Of a DNA stretch of 64,000 nucleotides, positions 1 to 10,490 are shown in pieces (position 1 is the stretch's first letter; the number at the start of each line of letters is the position of its first letter). The notes below the pieces were generated by a model, which made no database searches, was not told where the DNA came from, and saw nothing but the letters and a program-made list of their open reading frames with translations. The stretch comes from Aulosira sp. ZfuVER01. GTDB taxonomy: Bacteria > Cyanobacteriota > Cyanobacteriia > Cyanobacteriales > Nostocaceae. Made by a program: the position numbers and the translations under genes. The DNA is taken from positions 8,014-72,013 of the forward strand of contig JAVRCV020000009.1 of the NCBI GenBank assembly GCA_034530615.2, written 5' to 3'.

Positions 1-1
1 T

Positions 2-751
2 TCTGGTGCCAATTTAAGATTTTATTTAGTACAAAATAGTACAACTGATGCTGTGAAAACTGGAGTCGTCCCGATCGGCAATGTACTATTTTCTGATGTC
101 TCAACGCAAAAGATTACAGATTTAGGGAACGAAGCATACTCCTTAGCCTGGAAAGATATTCGTGGTCATAGCACTGATGAGTTCAAGGATTTAGTGGTGA
201 CAGTGCAACCCACAGATCAAACCTTACCTTTGGGTACAAATTTACAAGGAAAGCTACAGGGAGAACTGATTAATTTACAAGGTGTGACACAACTGGTAAA
301 AGCCGATTTTATCGTCAATAGAGAAGCAGCTTTCAAAAATTTTGTTGGTTTTTATCAGGTGGCTGATGAAAATGGAGGTATTGATGTCGATGGTAATGGT
401 ACGGTTGATTTACGTATTGGGGACTCAGGCTATACTCAAGCAGCAGTTCGTGGGCGCGTTGTGGGTATGGACTTGACAGTTAATAACCAAAGTACGGCAA
501 CTTATACAGGAACTTTCCAGCCAGGTGCTATTTTCGCACCATTTATGATTGCTAATGGTAGACCAGAAGCAATTTTAGATGGCAATCCCAGTAACGATCC
601 AGCAATTTACTTCCCATTTTTGGGAGCTAACGCAGATCGGGTGGATCATATTAACCTGTTAGGTAGTAATATCTTTGGCTTTGAGGATTTAGCAAATAGT
701 GGTGACAAAGATTTCAACGATATGATTGTGCAAGTAAATTTGACTACTTAA
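2..751 (+). CDS. DUF4114-domain protein, C-terminal part (5'-truncated by window edge)
   Basis: Frame is open from position 2. C-terminal FGFEDL..GDKDFNDMIVQV and NFVGFYQVADENGGID motifs are typical of DUF4114 in large cyanobacterial surface proteins. Confidence 0.8.
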   Translation, partial: SGANLRFYLVQNSTTDAVKTGVVPIGNVLFSDVSTQKITDLGNEAYSLAWKDIRGHSTDEFKDLVVTVQPTDQTLPLGTNLQGKLQGELINLQGVTQLVKADFIVNREAAFKNFVGFYQVADENGGIDVDGNGTVDLRIGDSGYTQAAVRGRVVGMDLTVNNQSTATYTGTFQPGAIFAPFMIANGRPEAILDGNPSNDPAIYFPFLGANADRVDHINLLGSNIFGFEDLANSGDKDFNDMIVQVNLTT

Positions 752-901
752 GAGCACCTGCAACCAATTTGGTTATAGTAAGCCATTCAGTAGCTAGAAA
801 AAACTGAAAACTTACTATAACCAAATGTTGATTCGCTTAAGATTGGGTTAGAGGAAAAGCACAAAACCAAACTTTAATCCCCAGATAAATGCTGAGTTTG
901 T

Positions 902-1459
902 ATGACTATTGAACGAATACCTCAAAAACACTATCCCAAGGCTGAAATTGGACGACGCGGTATGGCGTTGGGGCTAGATTTTCTTGGTGTTTGGTTAGTT
1001 AGTTCCGTCTTTGGCAGCAATAAGTTAGGTATTCAAGTTATGCAAATTTTAGTATTTGTTATAGCTTGGTTAGTCTTACGTGTGCTAGTAGTCTATAACA
1101 ATCAAGGACAAAGTTTAGGGCGTTGGGCATTTGATCTGAAGGTCTTGGAAGTTGAAGGGGGGGAAGTCGTCGGTAGAATTCCCCAGTTGCTGGCACTGCT
1201 AAAAAGAGAAGCAATAATTGGTGTTGGTGCGCTTTTCATCTCTATTGCTCTAGGCAACATTAGCGCCAATCCCACTGCTATACTGCTAGTACTTCCCCTG
1301 GCGATTGACTGTGGTACAGCTTTTTATGATACCCAGATGCGCCAGGCATTGCATGACCGCTATGCAGGAACTATCATAATTTCCTCGCGTCGTGGCTACT
1401 CACTTGATATAAAAGTCAAGCGATTAGTTGAAAATATGCGACGAAATGTGAGAAGATAG
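902..1459 (+). CDS. RDD family membrane protein
   Basis: N-terminal RR..A..LD, GQSLGRW motif, C-terminal RQALHDRYAGT; TM helices. Confidence 0.85.
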   Translation: MTIERIPQKHYPKAEIGRRGMALGLDFLGVWLVSSVFGSNKLGIQVMQILVFVIAWLVLRVLVVYNNQGQSLGRWAFDLKVLEVEGGEVVGRIPQLLALLKREAIIGVGALFISIALGNISANPTAILLVLPLAIDCGTAFYDTQMRQALHDRYAGTIIISSRRGYSLDIKVKRLVENMRRNVRR

Positions 1460-1502
1460 TCATTTGTGTTAATTCTCTCCAGGCTTTACGGTTTGTAAGA
1501 TT

Positions 1503-1697
1503 ATGGCTAAGAGTAAAGGTGTCCGCATAATAGTGACACTAGAATGTACCGAATGTCGCACTAACGCTAACAAGCGTTCTCCTGGTGTTTCCCGGTATAC
1601 CACTACGAAGAATCGGCGCAACACCACCAACCGATTAGAACTGAAAAAGTTCTGCTCCCATTGCAATACACACACAGTCCACAAGGAAATTAAGTAA
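1503..1697 (+). CDS. rpmG: 50S ribosomal protein L33
   Basis: [11 protein letters not shown]...[29 protein letters not shown]. Confidence 0.98.
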   Translation: MAKSKGVRIIVTLECTECRTNANKRSPGVSRYTTTKNRRNTTNRLELKKFCSHCNTHTVHKEIK

Positions 1698-1699
1698 AG

Positions 1700-1915
1700 A
1701 TGAGCTACTATCGTCGTCGTCTATCTCCGATTAAGCCGGGGGAACCAATCGATTATAAAGATGTTGATTTGTTGCGGAAGTTTGTCACCGAGCGGGGTAA
1801 GATACTGCCACGTCGAATCACTGGACTGACATCTCAGCAACAGCGAGACTTGACATTAGCAATTAAACGTGCTCGAATTGTAGCCTTGTTGCCGTTTATC
1901 AACGCGGAAGGCTAA
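1700..1915 (+). CDS. rpsR: 30S ribosomal protein S18
   Basis: [26 protein letters not shown]...AIKRAR; adjacent to rpmG. Confidence 0.98.
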   Translation: MSYYRRRLSPIKPGEPIDYKDVDLLRKFVTERGKILPRRITGLTSQQQRDLTLAIKRARIVALLPFINAEG

Positions 1916-2134
1916 TTCGAGTTGAACGCGAGAATTTTAGGTTATGGATTATCTCAGGCAGCTGCATTAATAGTATATGTAGCTGCAAATTTTCTGAGTC
2001 CACAATCTAAAATCTCATTAAGTCAGTGTAGAATCATCTTCTGCATATAAAAAATCATGAGATTTTGGATTCAGTAGTCAATATTCAATCCAAAATCTAA
2101 AATTTATTAGTTAACCAAATTAAGTGCGAGAGTT

Positions 2135-4186
2135 GTGGAGAAGGGGACGCTAGTTGAATTTAGGGTTCAAGGCGATCGCCGTCTGGGAGTAGTAGATCGC
2201 CCAGATGGAAAAACCCGTTGGTTTGTGGTAGATGACCGCGGTCAATCCCACAGCCTCGCGCCTAGACAAATTACCTATACAGTTAACGGACAAACCTACA
2301 AGCCTGCTGATATTGCCAGCTTTTTAGAGCAAGTAAAGCCATATCTCGATCCCTCTAGCTTGGAAGTCGCCTGGGAATTGTTGGTTGAGGATGGGGAAAC
2401 AGTCACCCCACCCCAAATGGCTAATTTGTTGTTTTCGGAATCAGACGGGTCTCATTGTTACGCCGCCCATTGCTTGCTGTCAGAAGACAAACTCTATTTC
2501 AAGCAAAAAGGAGACGCTTATGAGCCGAGGACGACAGCCCAAGTAGCAGAACGCAAACACCAGTTAGAAGTAGAAGCCCAAAAAGCTAGGGGACAGCAGG
2601 AATTTTTAGCTCGCGTCGAACAAGCTTTAGCAGGTGAAGCCGTAGAATGGCAACGCCACGATCGCCAGCGTCTAGAAGCACTAGAAAAATACGCAGCCCT
2701 AGTAGCAGATGTTGTGCGTATGGGGGTAAATTATGACTCATTGCCTCGGGCTTACCCTCCCCCAGGCCCAGTATTGGAAACGATGACCATGCTGGGACGC
2801 CCCGCAACCCCCCAAGGAGCATTACAACTGTTGGTAGATTTGGGTTGGTGGAGTCCCAACGAAAATTTGTTTTTGCGTCGTTCAGCAATTCCGGTTCAAT
2901 TTCCTAGCAAGGTATTAGAAGTGGCGCAACAGCGTTTGGATTCCCCACCCTCAGATCTAGATACAGACCGTCTAGATCTGACTCATTTAAAGGTGTACAC
3001 AGTTGATGATGAAAGTACCACAGAAATCGATGATGGTCTGAGTTGGGAATTACTCTCAGATGGACGGGAACGTCTCTGGGTGCATATCGCCGATCCTACC
3101 CGATTGTTAGTACCAGAAGATGACCTAGATCTAGAAGCGAGGAAGCGGGGTAGTACAGTTTATTTGCCGACAGGGATGATTCCCATGTTCCCCGAAGTCT
3201 TGGCCACCGGGCCAATGAGTCTGGTACAGGGACGGGTTTGTTGTGCCCTCAGCTTTGGGATTATTTTAGATTCAACTGGGCAAGTAGAAGATTACAGTAT
3301 TCATCCCAGTGTTATTAAGCCAACTTACCGCCTCACCTACGAAGATGTAGATGAGATGCTGGAATTAGGAGTACAAGCAGAACCAGAAATTGCTGCGATC
3401 GCAATGTGGGCAAAACGCCGCAAAACTTGGCGATACACTCAAGGCGCAATTAGCATCAATATGCCAGAAGCAACGATCAAAGTCAAAGGTGACGAGATCA
3501 GCATTGATATTTTAGATGACTCCTCATCACGGCAACTAGTAGCAGAAATGATGATTCTAGCAGGCGAAGTTGCAGCCCGCTACGGTCAAGCCCATAAGAT
3601 TCCCCTACCTTTTCGCGGTCAACCACAGCCAGAATTACCCCCAGAAGAAGAGTTACTTCAGCTACCCGCTGGATTCGTTCGCGCCTGTGCTATGCGCCGC
3701 TGTATGCCTAAGAGTGAAATGAGCATTACCCCCGTGCGTCACGCTGGGTTGGGTTTGGATACCTATACTCAGGCGACTTCCCCCATTCGGCGTTACAGCG
3801 ACTTACTCACCCATTTTCAACTTAAAGCCCATTTGCGTGGCGAAGTTCTACCTTTCTCCGCAGAACAGCTCAAAGAGGTGATGATGACCGTTACCAGTAT
3901 CACCCAAGAAGTGACTATGGTAGAACGGCAAACTAATAGATATTATGCTCTGGAATATTTGCGTCGTTATCCCGAGCAAGTTTGGCCGGTGACAGTCTTA
4001 ATGTGGCTGCGAGAAGACAGCAATTTAGCATTAATTCTCTTAGAAGACTTAGGTTTGCAGTTGCCAATGTCTTTCAGACGTTCGGTCAGTTTAGGTGAAC
4101 AGTTATTAGTGAAAGTTAGCCTTGCCGATCCGCAAAAAGATATGATTCATTTTCAAGAAATAATTTATCAAGAAGCACTGAATTAA
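2135..4186 (+). CDS. rnb: Ribonuclease II/R family (RNB domain) exoribonuclease
   Basis: DDESTTEIDDGLS catalytic motif, VHIADP, TSPIRRYSDL; usual cyanobacterial position after rpsR. Confidence 0.92.
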   Translation: MEKGTLVEFRVQGDRRLGVVDRPDGKTRWFVVDDRGQSHSLAPRQITYTVNGQTYKPADIASFLEQVKPYLDPSSLEVAWELLVEDGETVTPPQMANLLFSESDGSHCYAAHCLLSEDKLYFKQKGDAYEPRTTAQVAERKHQLEVEAQKARGQQEFLARVEQALAGEAVEWQRHDRQRLEALEKYAALVADVVRMGVNYDSLPRAYPPPGPVLETMTMLGRPATPQGALQLLVDLGWWSPNENLFLRRSAIPVQFPSKVLEVAQQRLDSPPSDLDTDRLDLTHLKVYTVDDESTTEIDDGLSWELLSDGRERLWVHIADPTRLLVPEDDLDLEARKRGSTVYLPTGMIPMFPEVLATGPMSLVQGRVCCALSFGIILDSTGQVEDYSIHPSVIKPTYRLTYEDVDEMLELGVQAEPEIAAIAMWAKRRKTWRYTQGAISINMPEATIKVKGDEISIDILDDSSSRQLVAEMMILAGEVAARYGQAHKIPLPFRGQPQPELPPEEELLQLPAGFVRACAMRRCMPKSEMSITPVRHAGLGLDTYTQATSPIRRYSDLLTHFQLKAHLRGEVLPFSAEQLKEVMMTVTSITQEVTMVERQTNRYYALEYLRRYPEQVWPVTVLMWLREDSNLALILLEDLGLQLPMSFRRSVSLGEQLLVKVSLADPQKDMIHFQEIIYQEALN

Positions 4187-4237
4187 AAAGAATTAATCAA
4201 GTAAACGTTGAATTTTACTAGCGTGAGACACTTAATT

Positions 4238-4422
4238 TAAGTAAGTCGGCGAGAAAAATTCAATGTGTGTGAAGAAAGATAAATTGTTCCTAGGGTGGAA
4301 TTGGAGAAGTCGGAGATCTGGATAGCGATTTTTGGATGCTTCTTCGGTGCGTGGCGCTGCGCGACAACACACCCTTGTATCTTACTTAAGATAGATTGAA
4401 ATACTAGCACTGACTTAGCTTA
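4238..4422. repeat. Possible MITE-like element with imperfect terminal inverted repeats and internal small dispersed repeats
   Basis: taagtaagtcggcg (4238) versus cactgacttagctta (4408-4422); internal agaagtcggagatct and ggtgcgtggcgctgcgcgacaacacaccc units. Confidence 0.4.
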
Positions 4423-4773
4423 ATACCAAAAAATTTGTAGGTTGGGTCAAATAATCAGACTCAACACTTGCTTCTTGGTGGATTGCCTTACGGGATATAA
4501 ATTGACTCAAACCGACTAAATTTGATAAAACGTCAGCCCGAAGTCGGGTTTTTTAGGGTAGTAGTTGATGCTATCCTAACCCTTGATGAATGCGCTCCTA
4601 AACTTTCTAGCTCCTAATTAGTTAAGACCTATACAGCAGAAAGGGCTTGTTTTCGACTGACAGATCAGTCTAAACTTTCCGAGTTCTGATTGATGCTTAA
4701 AACCTATGCAGCAGAAAGAACGCGGCGTTAAAAGATTCCGTTAAATCAAAAGGAAAAGGAAGACTGGTCATAA

Positions 4774-6216
4774 ATGTCTGAAAATCGTTTATCTTCGGGA
4801 ATTCCGGGTCTAAATGAAATTCTCTATGGCGGCTATATTCCTGGTAGTGCCTACTTAATCCGAGGTGGAGCGGGAAGTGGTAAGACAACGCTGGGAATGC
4901 ATTTTTTAACCGCAGGGGCAGCAAACGGCGAAGAGGTTTTGTTCATCACGCTGGCAGAAACTGCTGCACAACTTCAGAGAACTGCCGAAGGACTGGGATT
5001 TAATTTACAAGGGATCAATTTTCTTGATCTTAGTCCCACACCCGAATTTTTCACCCAGGTTGAGACTTACGATATTTTCTCACCAGCTGAGGTCGAACGT
5101 GAACCCACAACTCGCCAAATTGTAGAGCAGGTAGAAGCCCTCAAACCGCAGCGAATTTTTATTGACTCAATGACACAGTTTCGCTACCTTGCGACCGATA
5201 CCTTTCAGTTTCGTAAGCAAGTGCTCTCATTTTTGCGATTTTTAGTAGAGCAAGGTATCACTGTACTATTCACCTCAGAGAGCAGTGCAGAAGCGCCCGA
5301 CGATGATTTACAGTTCATGAGTGATGGCGTAATTAATCTCAACTTCAGCAACAATCAACGGACGCTTTGGGTATCAAAGTTTCGGGGTAGTGACTTTCAG
5401 GACGGCCATCATGCAATTCGCTTAACTAGCAAAGGAATGCAGGTCTTTCCCCGATTAATGCCACAAATTTACGGACAAACTTTTAGTCCTGAAACGATCT
5501 CCTCTGGCATCCCCGGAATTGATGAGTTACTGCACGGCGGTATTGAACGCGGCACAATTACTATTATTAGTGGACCTAGCGGCGTAGGTAAGAGCTCGTT
5601 GGGACTTCAGTTTATGAAAGAGGCAGCCGGACGGGGCGAACGTTCGGTGATTTACACTTTTGAAGAACAGAAGGAAACACTGTTGCACCGAGCTGAAGGG
5701 ATTAATATTGCTGTTCATGCAATGCAGGAGCGGGGGACACTCTCGGTGATTCAGGTGGAGCCGTTGTACTATACACCCGACGAATTTGCTAACCTTGTGC
5801 GCCAAGAAGTCGAGCAACAACAGGCACGAATTGTGATGATTGATAGTGTGTCCGGCTATCGACTTTCGGTGCGGGGGGAAGACTTGATCGGCCATATCCA
5901 TTCCCTATGTAAGTATTTGCAAAACATGGGTGTTGCCGTGCTGCTAATCAACGAAATTGAAACGATTACAGGAGAATTCCGAATTACAGAAGTTGGGATT
6001 AGTTATCTGGCAGATACAATTGTGTTTCTGCGCTATTTAGAAATGCAAGGTGAACTGCGGCGGGCAATCGGTGTTTTGAAGAAGCGGATGAGCGACTTTG
6101 AAAAAACTTTGCGCGAATTTGAAATTAGTCGCTACGGCATCAAAGTCGGCAAGCCACTGACGCAGCTTCGAGGTGTGTTGACTGGACTGCCCGATTTCAT
6201 TAAGGATAAACCGTAA
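4774..6216 (+). CDS. KaiC-like/RAD55-family double-domain ATPase (non-clock type)
   Basis: Two RecA-like domains with Walker A GGAGSGKT and GPSGVGKS, TFEE in domain 2, ISYLADTIV at the KaiC phosphosite position, no KaiA-binding tail. Confidence 0.9.
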   Translation: MSENRLSSGIPGLNEILYGGYIPGSAYLIRGGAGSGKTTLGMHFLTAGAANGEEVLFITLAETAAQLQRTAEGLGFNLQGINFLDLSPTPEFFTQVETYDIFSPAEVEREPTTRQIVEQVEALKPQRIFIDSMTQFRYLATDTFQFRKQVLSFLRFLVEQGITVLFTSESSAEAPDDDLQFMSDGVINLNFSNNQRTLWVSKFRGSDFQDGHHAIRLTSKGMQVFPRLMPQIYGQTFSPETISSGIPGIDELLHGGIERGTITIISGPSGVGKSSLGLQFMKEAAGRGERSVIYTFEEQKETLLHRAEGINIAVHAMQERGTLSVIQVEPLYYTPDEFANLVRQEVEQQQARIVMIDSVSGYRLSVRGEDLIGHIHSLCKYLQNMGVAVLLINEIETITGEFRITEVGISYLADTIVFLRYLEMQGELRRAIGVLKKRMSDFEKTLREFEISRYGIKVGKPLTQLRGVLTGLPDFIKDKP

Positions 6217-6293
6217 CACTGTGCTTATGGCGTCTAGTAAACAGCTATTTTTGATTCAGCCAGAGAGAAACTTTGACGGCAAGAGAATGAGCG

Positions 6294-7391
6294 ATGAATC
6301 GAATTTTGATTATTGTAGAGCAATCTGAGAATCGCCGTCTGCTGGCGGAGTGGCTGGGAATATATTATGAGGTGGCGATCGCAGACTCAATGGTGCAAAG
6401 AGGAAAAGTCTTGCCGCTTCTAGATGAGCCGTTTGACTTATGTATTCTTGATGGCCCAGCTCTAGATCGCCTTTGGGAATGGGTACAGGCGAGAAAACAC
6501 GCAGAGCAATCAGTTTTTTTGCCATTTTTACTAATTACACTACGCTCTGACGTGAAACTATTGACACGGCATTTGTGGCGAACTATCGACGAGCTAATTA
6601 CAAAACCAATTGAAAAGCTAGAGATGCACGCACGAGTTGAAATGCTACTGCGATCGCGGCGACTTTCTCTACAGCTTCAGGCCGCGCTTCAGCAAGAACG
6701 CGAACTCAAGGAACTCAAATCGCGCTTTGTCTCAATGGTTTCCCATGAATTTCGCAACCCACTAAATAGTATTTCTGGTTTCACTCGTTTGCTAGAACAG
6801 TACGACTTGCCCCAAGAACAACGAGCTGACTTTTTTCAACGTATCCAAGCTGCTGTTAGTCGCATGACAACCTTGATGGATGATGTCTTGACTTTGGGAA
6901 AAACTGAAGCGGCTCTTACAACGTCTAATCTCGTTCCGTTAGCGATTGAGCCTTTCTGCCGCAAGTTAATTGAAGAAATCAAATTTAGCACCAGCAGTAG
7001 TCACAACATTGATTTCGACTGTGAAGAGAACTGTATTACAGTTTATATGGACGAAGGGTTACTGCGGCACGTTTTGATCAATCTACTCTCTAATGCCATC
7101 AAATACTCAGCACCCGACACCACCGTTAAAATTAAACTGCAATGTCAATCACAAGCCGCGATCTTTCAAGTACAGGATCAAGGCATCGGTATCACTCCAT
7201 CCGACCAAAAACGGCTATTTGAACCCTTCTACCGTGCCAGTAACGTGGGTAATATTCCTGGTACTGGGCTGGGATTGGCGATTGTGAAACAAGCGGTTGA
7301 GTGGCATGGCGGAACGCTCACAGTCACTAGCGAAGTCAATGTTGGGACAACATTCACTGTAACTCTGCCTATTAGTAGCGAAATTGCTTAA
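6294..7391 (+). CDS. Hybrid histidine kinase with N-terminal atypical receiver domain
   Basis: H-box SHEFRNPL, NLLSNAIKY, DQGIG, GTGLGLAI; N-terminal receiver-like fold (FDLCILD, ITKPI). Confidence 0.9.
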   Translation: MNRILIIVEQSENRRLLAEWLGIYYEVAIADSMVQRGKVLPLLDEPFDLCILDGPALDRLWEWVQARKHAEQSVFLPFLLITLRSDVKLLTRHLWRTIDELITKPIEKLEMHARVEMLLRSRRLSLQLQAALQQERELKELKSRFVSMVSHEFRNPLNSISGFTRLLEQYDLPQEQRADFFQRIQAAVSRMTTLMDDVLTLGKTEAALTTSNLVPLAIEPFCRKLIEEIKFSTSSSHNIDFDCEENCITVYMDEGLLRHVLINLLSNAIKYSAPDTTVKIKLQCQSQAAIFQVQDQGIGITPSDQKRLFEPFYRASNVGNIPGTGLGLAIVKQAVEWHGGTLTVTSEVNVGTTFTVTLPISSEIA

Positions 7392-7768
7392 GTTCCCGAT
7401 CCTCTAGAGACAAGGTTCATCCCGTGTAAAAAAGTGGCGACAAAGAGCATTATTGACTATTTAGACTCGCTATGGGGTGTAGAAGATGAATTAAAGCCTC
7501 AGACAGCTAGAGTCGTGAAATTTATTCTATTAAACTCACTTGGATATAAATTATAACCATGACATTTTTTTATATATCAAATTTCTCTGACTTATGTCAG
7601 CATTTTTTGGTCAAAAAACACCTAGAATGCTGATTTTTGGCTTAGGGCTAATTTTTTCTGAAATTATTACTGATTTACTAGTCGGATTATCTACTTTTGG
7701 GGTGTACTCTCGATATACAGTAACTCTCGCAATAGACTGTTGCCATAATTACACCTTGAGGTAATACC

Positions 7769-8374
7769 ATGAGAAATTATGCTGACAAACAGGACTTCAT
7801 ATTAAGTCAAAGTAGGGATTTCAGCGGTTGTGACTTGAGCGGAATCGACCTGAGAGCAGTTGATTTGAGTGGTGTTAACTTTTTAGGAGCAGATTTGCGT
7901 GGTGCAAATCTATCGGGTTCCATCCTCACTGGTGCTAACCTACGTGAGGCAAATCTCATAGAGGCTTCTTTATGCGAAGCCAACTTGATTGAGGCTGATT
8001 TAACACAAGCAAATTTATGTGGAGCAGTATTATGGCGATCGCAATTTAGTGGTAGTAATCTGACCTATGCTTCTTTATGTGCAGCCGATTTTAGCGAAGC
8101 TGACTTGAGTGAAGCCAAATTAATTGAAGCATCCTTAATTGAAGCAAAATTAGTTAGAGCAAATCTCGCAGGAGCAAAGCTATGTGGTGCAATTTTATTA
8201 GAAGCAAATTTAACTGATGCCAATTTAATTGGTGCAGACTTGACATGGGCAAATTTAACAGAGGCTAACCTGACTGAAGCCAAGCTTTGGGGAACAAAGA
8301 TGATTTCTACCAAGCTGCTGGACACTATCATGCCTGACGGTACAATTCAGGAACCGCAAATAATATTTCTTTGA
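7769..8374 (+). CDS. fraF: Pentapeptide-repeat protein, probable FraF
   Basis: A(D/N)LxX repeats; convergent with and immediately downstream of fraE, as in the Anabaena fraCDE/fraF cluster. Confidence 0.7.
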   Translation: MRNYADKQDFILSQSRDFSGCDLSGIDLRAVDLSGVNFLGADLRGANLSGSILTGANLREANLIEASLCEANLIEADLTQANLCGAVLWRSQFSGSNLTYASLCAADFSEADLSEAKLIEASLIEAKLVRANLAGAKLCGAILLEANLTDANLIGADLTWANLTEANLTEAKLWGTKMISTKLLDTIMPDGTIQEPQIIFL

Positions 8375-8392
8375 TTATGGGTGCATCTATTT

Positions 8393-8441
8393 CGTAGTAA
8401 GGACTTTAGCGCTTGTTTTCAGCACTGAAGTGCTTACTACG
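8393..8441. repeat. Palindromic REP-like element between convergent genes
   Basis: cgtagtaag...cttactacg inverted arms; related gtgaggacttaagtcctcac palindrome at about 17940. Confidence 0.55.
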
Positions 8442-8450
8442 CAACCTGTG

Positions 8451-9233
8451 TCAAAACTCCCGTTGTGAGAATATTAATATAGCGATCGCTAACAACATGG
8501 AACTATACAGCAAGCCATAACCAGCGTTAGCAATCAATGCGGTTGTTCCAGGTAGCGCTTGCATACCGTAAACAGCATGATTTTTTAAATCTAATCTAGA
8601 TAAATCAGGCAAAATTAGATATAAAGCTTGAGTCAGATGTTCTATGCTTGGGTTGCGGCTCAGACGACCAAATTTTAATAAATCTGGCGAGATGTTGCCC
8701 ATTAAATAAACGGCAAAGGTTAAAATTATCGCTAACAAGGAACTGGTAAATGAACCAAACCCAATAGCCACAGCAGTGATTAAAGATATCTGCAAGAATA
8801 GGAAAATAACAGCAATCAAAATGCTCGTTATTGTATGAGGAATATGACCAATTTGTAAAAATCCTAGATAAATCACCGTCATAATGGCGATGATTACAGC
8901 TAGCACTGCCGATAAACCCAAATATTTACCAGCAATAAATTCACTGCGGCTGATGGGTTTGGCAATTAATACCAAAATAGTCCGTTTTTCAATTTCTTTG
9001 TTTACCAGTCCCGTGCCAACAAATACAGCCACAATTAAGGCGATGACACTCATTAAGACTATGCCAAAGTCTAAAAATATTTTGCCTTCGGTATTAGCTG
9101 CCAATTCTGGCAAGAGGCGGATAGCGGCAGCGAGTATGAGCGTGTAGACACCTATTATATATAAGATGCGATCGCGTATTACTTCCTGAAATACATTGCC
9201 TGCCATTACAAAGATGCGGCTGAAATTCATCAT
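8451..9233 (-). CDS. fraE: FraE, ABC-transporter permease-like filament integrity protein
   Basis: EIEKRTILVLIAKPISRSEFIAGKYLG permease motif; third gene after fraC-fraD; start taken at MMNFSR. Confidence 0.85.
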   Translation of the reverse strand: MMNFSRIFVMAGNVFQEVIRDRILYIIGVYTLILAAAIRLLPELAANTEGKIFLDFGIVLMSVIALIVAVFVGTGLVNKEIEKRTILVLIAKPISRSEFIAGKYLGLSAVLAVIIAIMTVIYLGFLQIGHIPHTITSILIAVIFLFLQISLITAVAIGFGSFTSSLLAIILTFAVYLMGNISPDLLKFGRLSRNPSIEHLTQALYLILPDLSRLDLKNHAVYGMQALPGTTALIANAGYGLLYSSMLLAIAILIFSQREF

Positions 9234-9380
9234 ATATTTAGTACCTAGTAATATATATTTATTAGTCAGTTTGCATTTAGTAGTAAACTGACCAAAAAAC
9301 ATCTACGCCCAAATTCTAAATAAAGAATCAAATTTTGTCTCTAGCGAAATTCTCGGTTAAAGACCAGCCGCCAATGGAAT

Positions 9381-10424
9381 TTAGCGTTGTGCTGGCGGTC
9401 TACCATTAATCCGTTTAATCCGAGGCTCGCACTCAACTTCTGCAATAATACGTGTATTTTCTGGCTTTTGAGCAGTCGATTTGTTGGGAGATTCTGCAAT
9501 TGGTCGAATCTGACACGACTTATTCAAATAATACCCACGTGGATCGGAACTTGGCCCAGTCCAGATGCCTACTATATCTAGTATATATTCGTCTTTATTC
9601 TTAGGATTAGGATTGGTGATTCGCGGTTCAATACGCCATAAATCCTTCACTTCCTTTTCCTTGAGACGTTTTTCTTGAATTACTTCCTGAGTCAGGTTAT
9701 CAAGATTAGCATTAGCATTTTGTAGCCATCTTTCAACCTGCGGCCAAGGCTGTTTATCTATTTGTTTCTCTATTTTTGGTTGAAGTTCTTTAAGAATTAA
9801 AGTGCCGTTTAGTGAAGTTTTAGTAGGAAATTCTGTTCTCACAACAAAAGTACTTCGTTTAAAATTATCTGACAGCAAGCTGGGATATTCTTGTAACCAA
9901 ATATTGACAACAAAGTAAAATTGAATCCAGCAACTAAGAAGCATACAACTGGCAACTAGTACGATGATTTTTTGGCGGTCTTCCGGTTTAGGAAGTTGAG
10001 CTTTGGCTTCAGTACCAGTTCCTTCAAAGAACTCTGGGATGGCGGTAATTAATGCCGAAATTGTCGGCCAAAGCACGATTGTTCCAGATGAAACTCCAGT
10101 TTCTTCTTGTTGTCCAAATGCAAAAACACTAACTAAAAACCCAGTGATTACTGCTCCTACAGGCATATAAGTCCCAGGAACTCTTGCTGGATCATCGGTA
10201 GTATACCAAGATGTACCAGCGATTAAAAATAACCAACCAAAAAATGCAATTGTATCCTTGACAGCACCAGTTGCAAAAGATGATATCGCCCAAGAGAAAA
10301 GACTCAAATAGATAAATGTCTGCCAGGAATAAGCTTTTTGCGGAATCAATAGCTTTTTAATTCCCGCATAAATATCAGCAAGAAATGAAGTTAAACCTAA
10401 TAAATCTTTAAATAATGTGTTCAT
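9381..10424 (-). CDS. fraD: Septal junction protein FraD (DUF5357)
   Basis: About 347 aa, five N-terminal TM helices (AYSWQTFIYLS, LWPTISALITAIPEF) plus a periplasmic C-terminus; synteny. Confidence 0.88.
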   Translation of the reverse strand: MNTLFKDLLGLTSFLADIYAGIKKLLIPQKAYSWQTFIYLSLFSWAISSFATGAVKDTIAFFGWLFLIAGTSWYTTDDPARVPGTYMPVGAVITGFLVSVFAFGQQEETGVSSGTIVLWPTISALITAIPEFFEGTGTEAKAQLPKPEDRQKIIVLVASCMLLSCWIQFYFVVNIWLQEYPSLLSDNFKRSTFVVRTEFPTKTSLNGTLILKELQPKIEKQIDKQPWPQVERWLQNANANLDNLTQEVIQEKRLKEKEVKDLWRIEPRITNPNPKNKDEYILDIVGIWTGPSSDPRGYYLNKSCQIRPIAESPNKSTAQKPENTRIIAEVECEPRIKRINGRPPAQR

Positions 10425-10490
10425 ACTTGAACCTCTATATCATTTAGCGATCGCTATTTTTTTTCTGTAACAAAATTACTGCAATTACTT

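Noticed and set aside
4774..6216. Calling this the circadian clock gene kaiC
   Set aside because: No ST phosphosites, no C-terminal tail, and no kaiA/kaiB neighbours.
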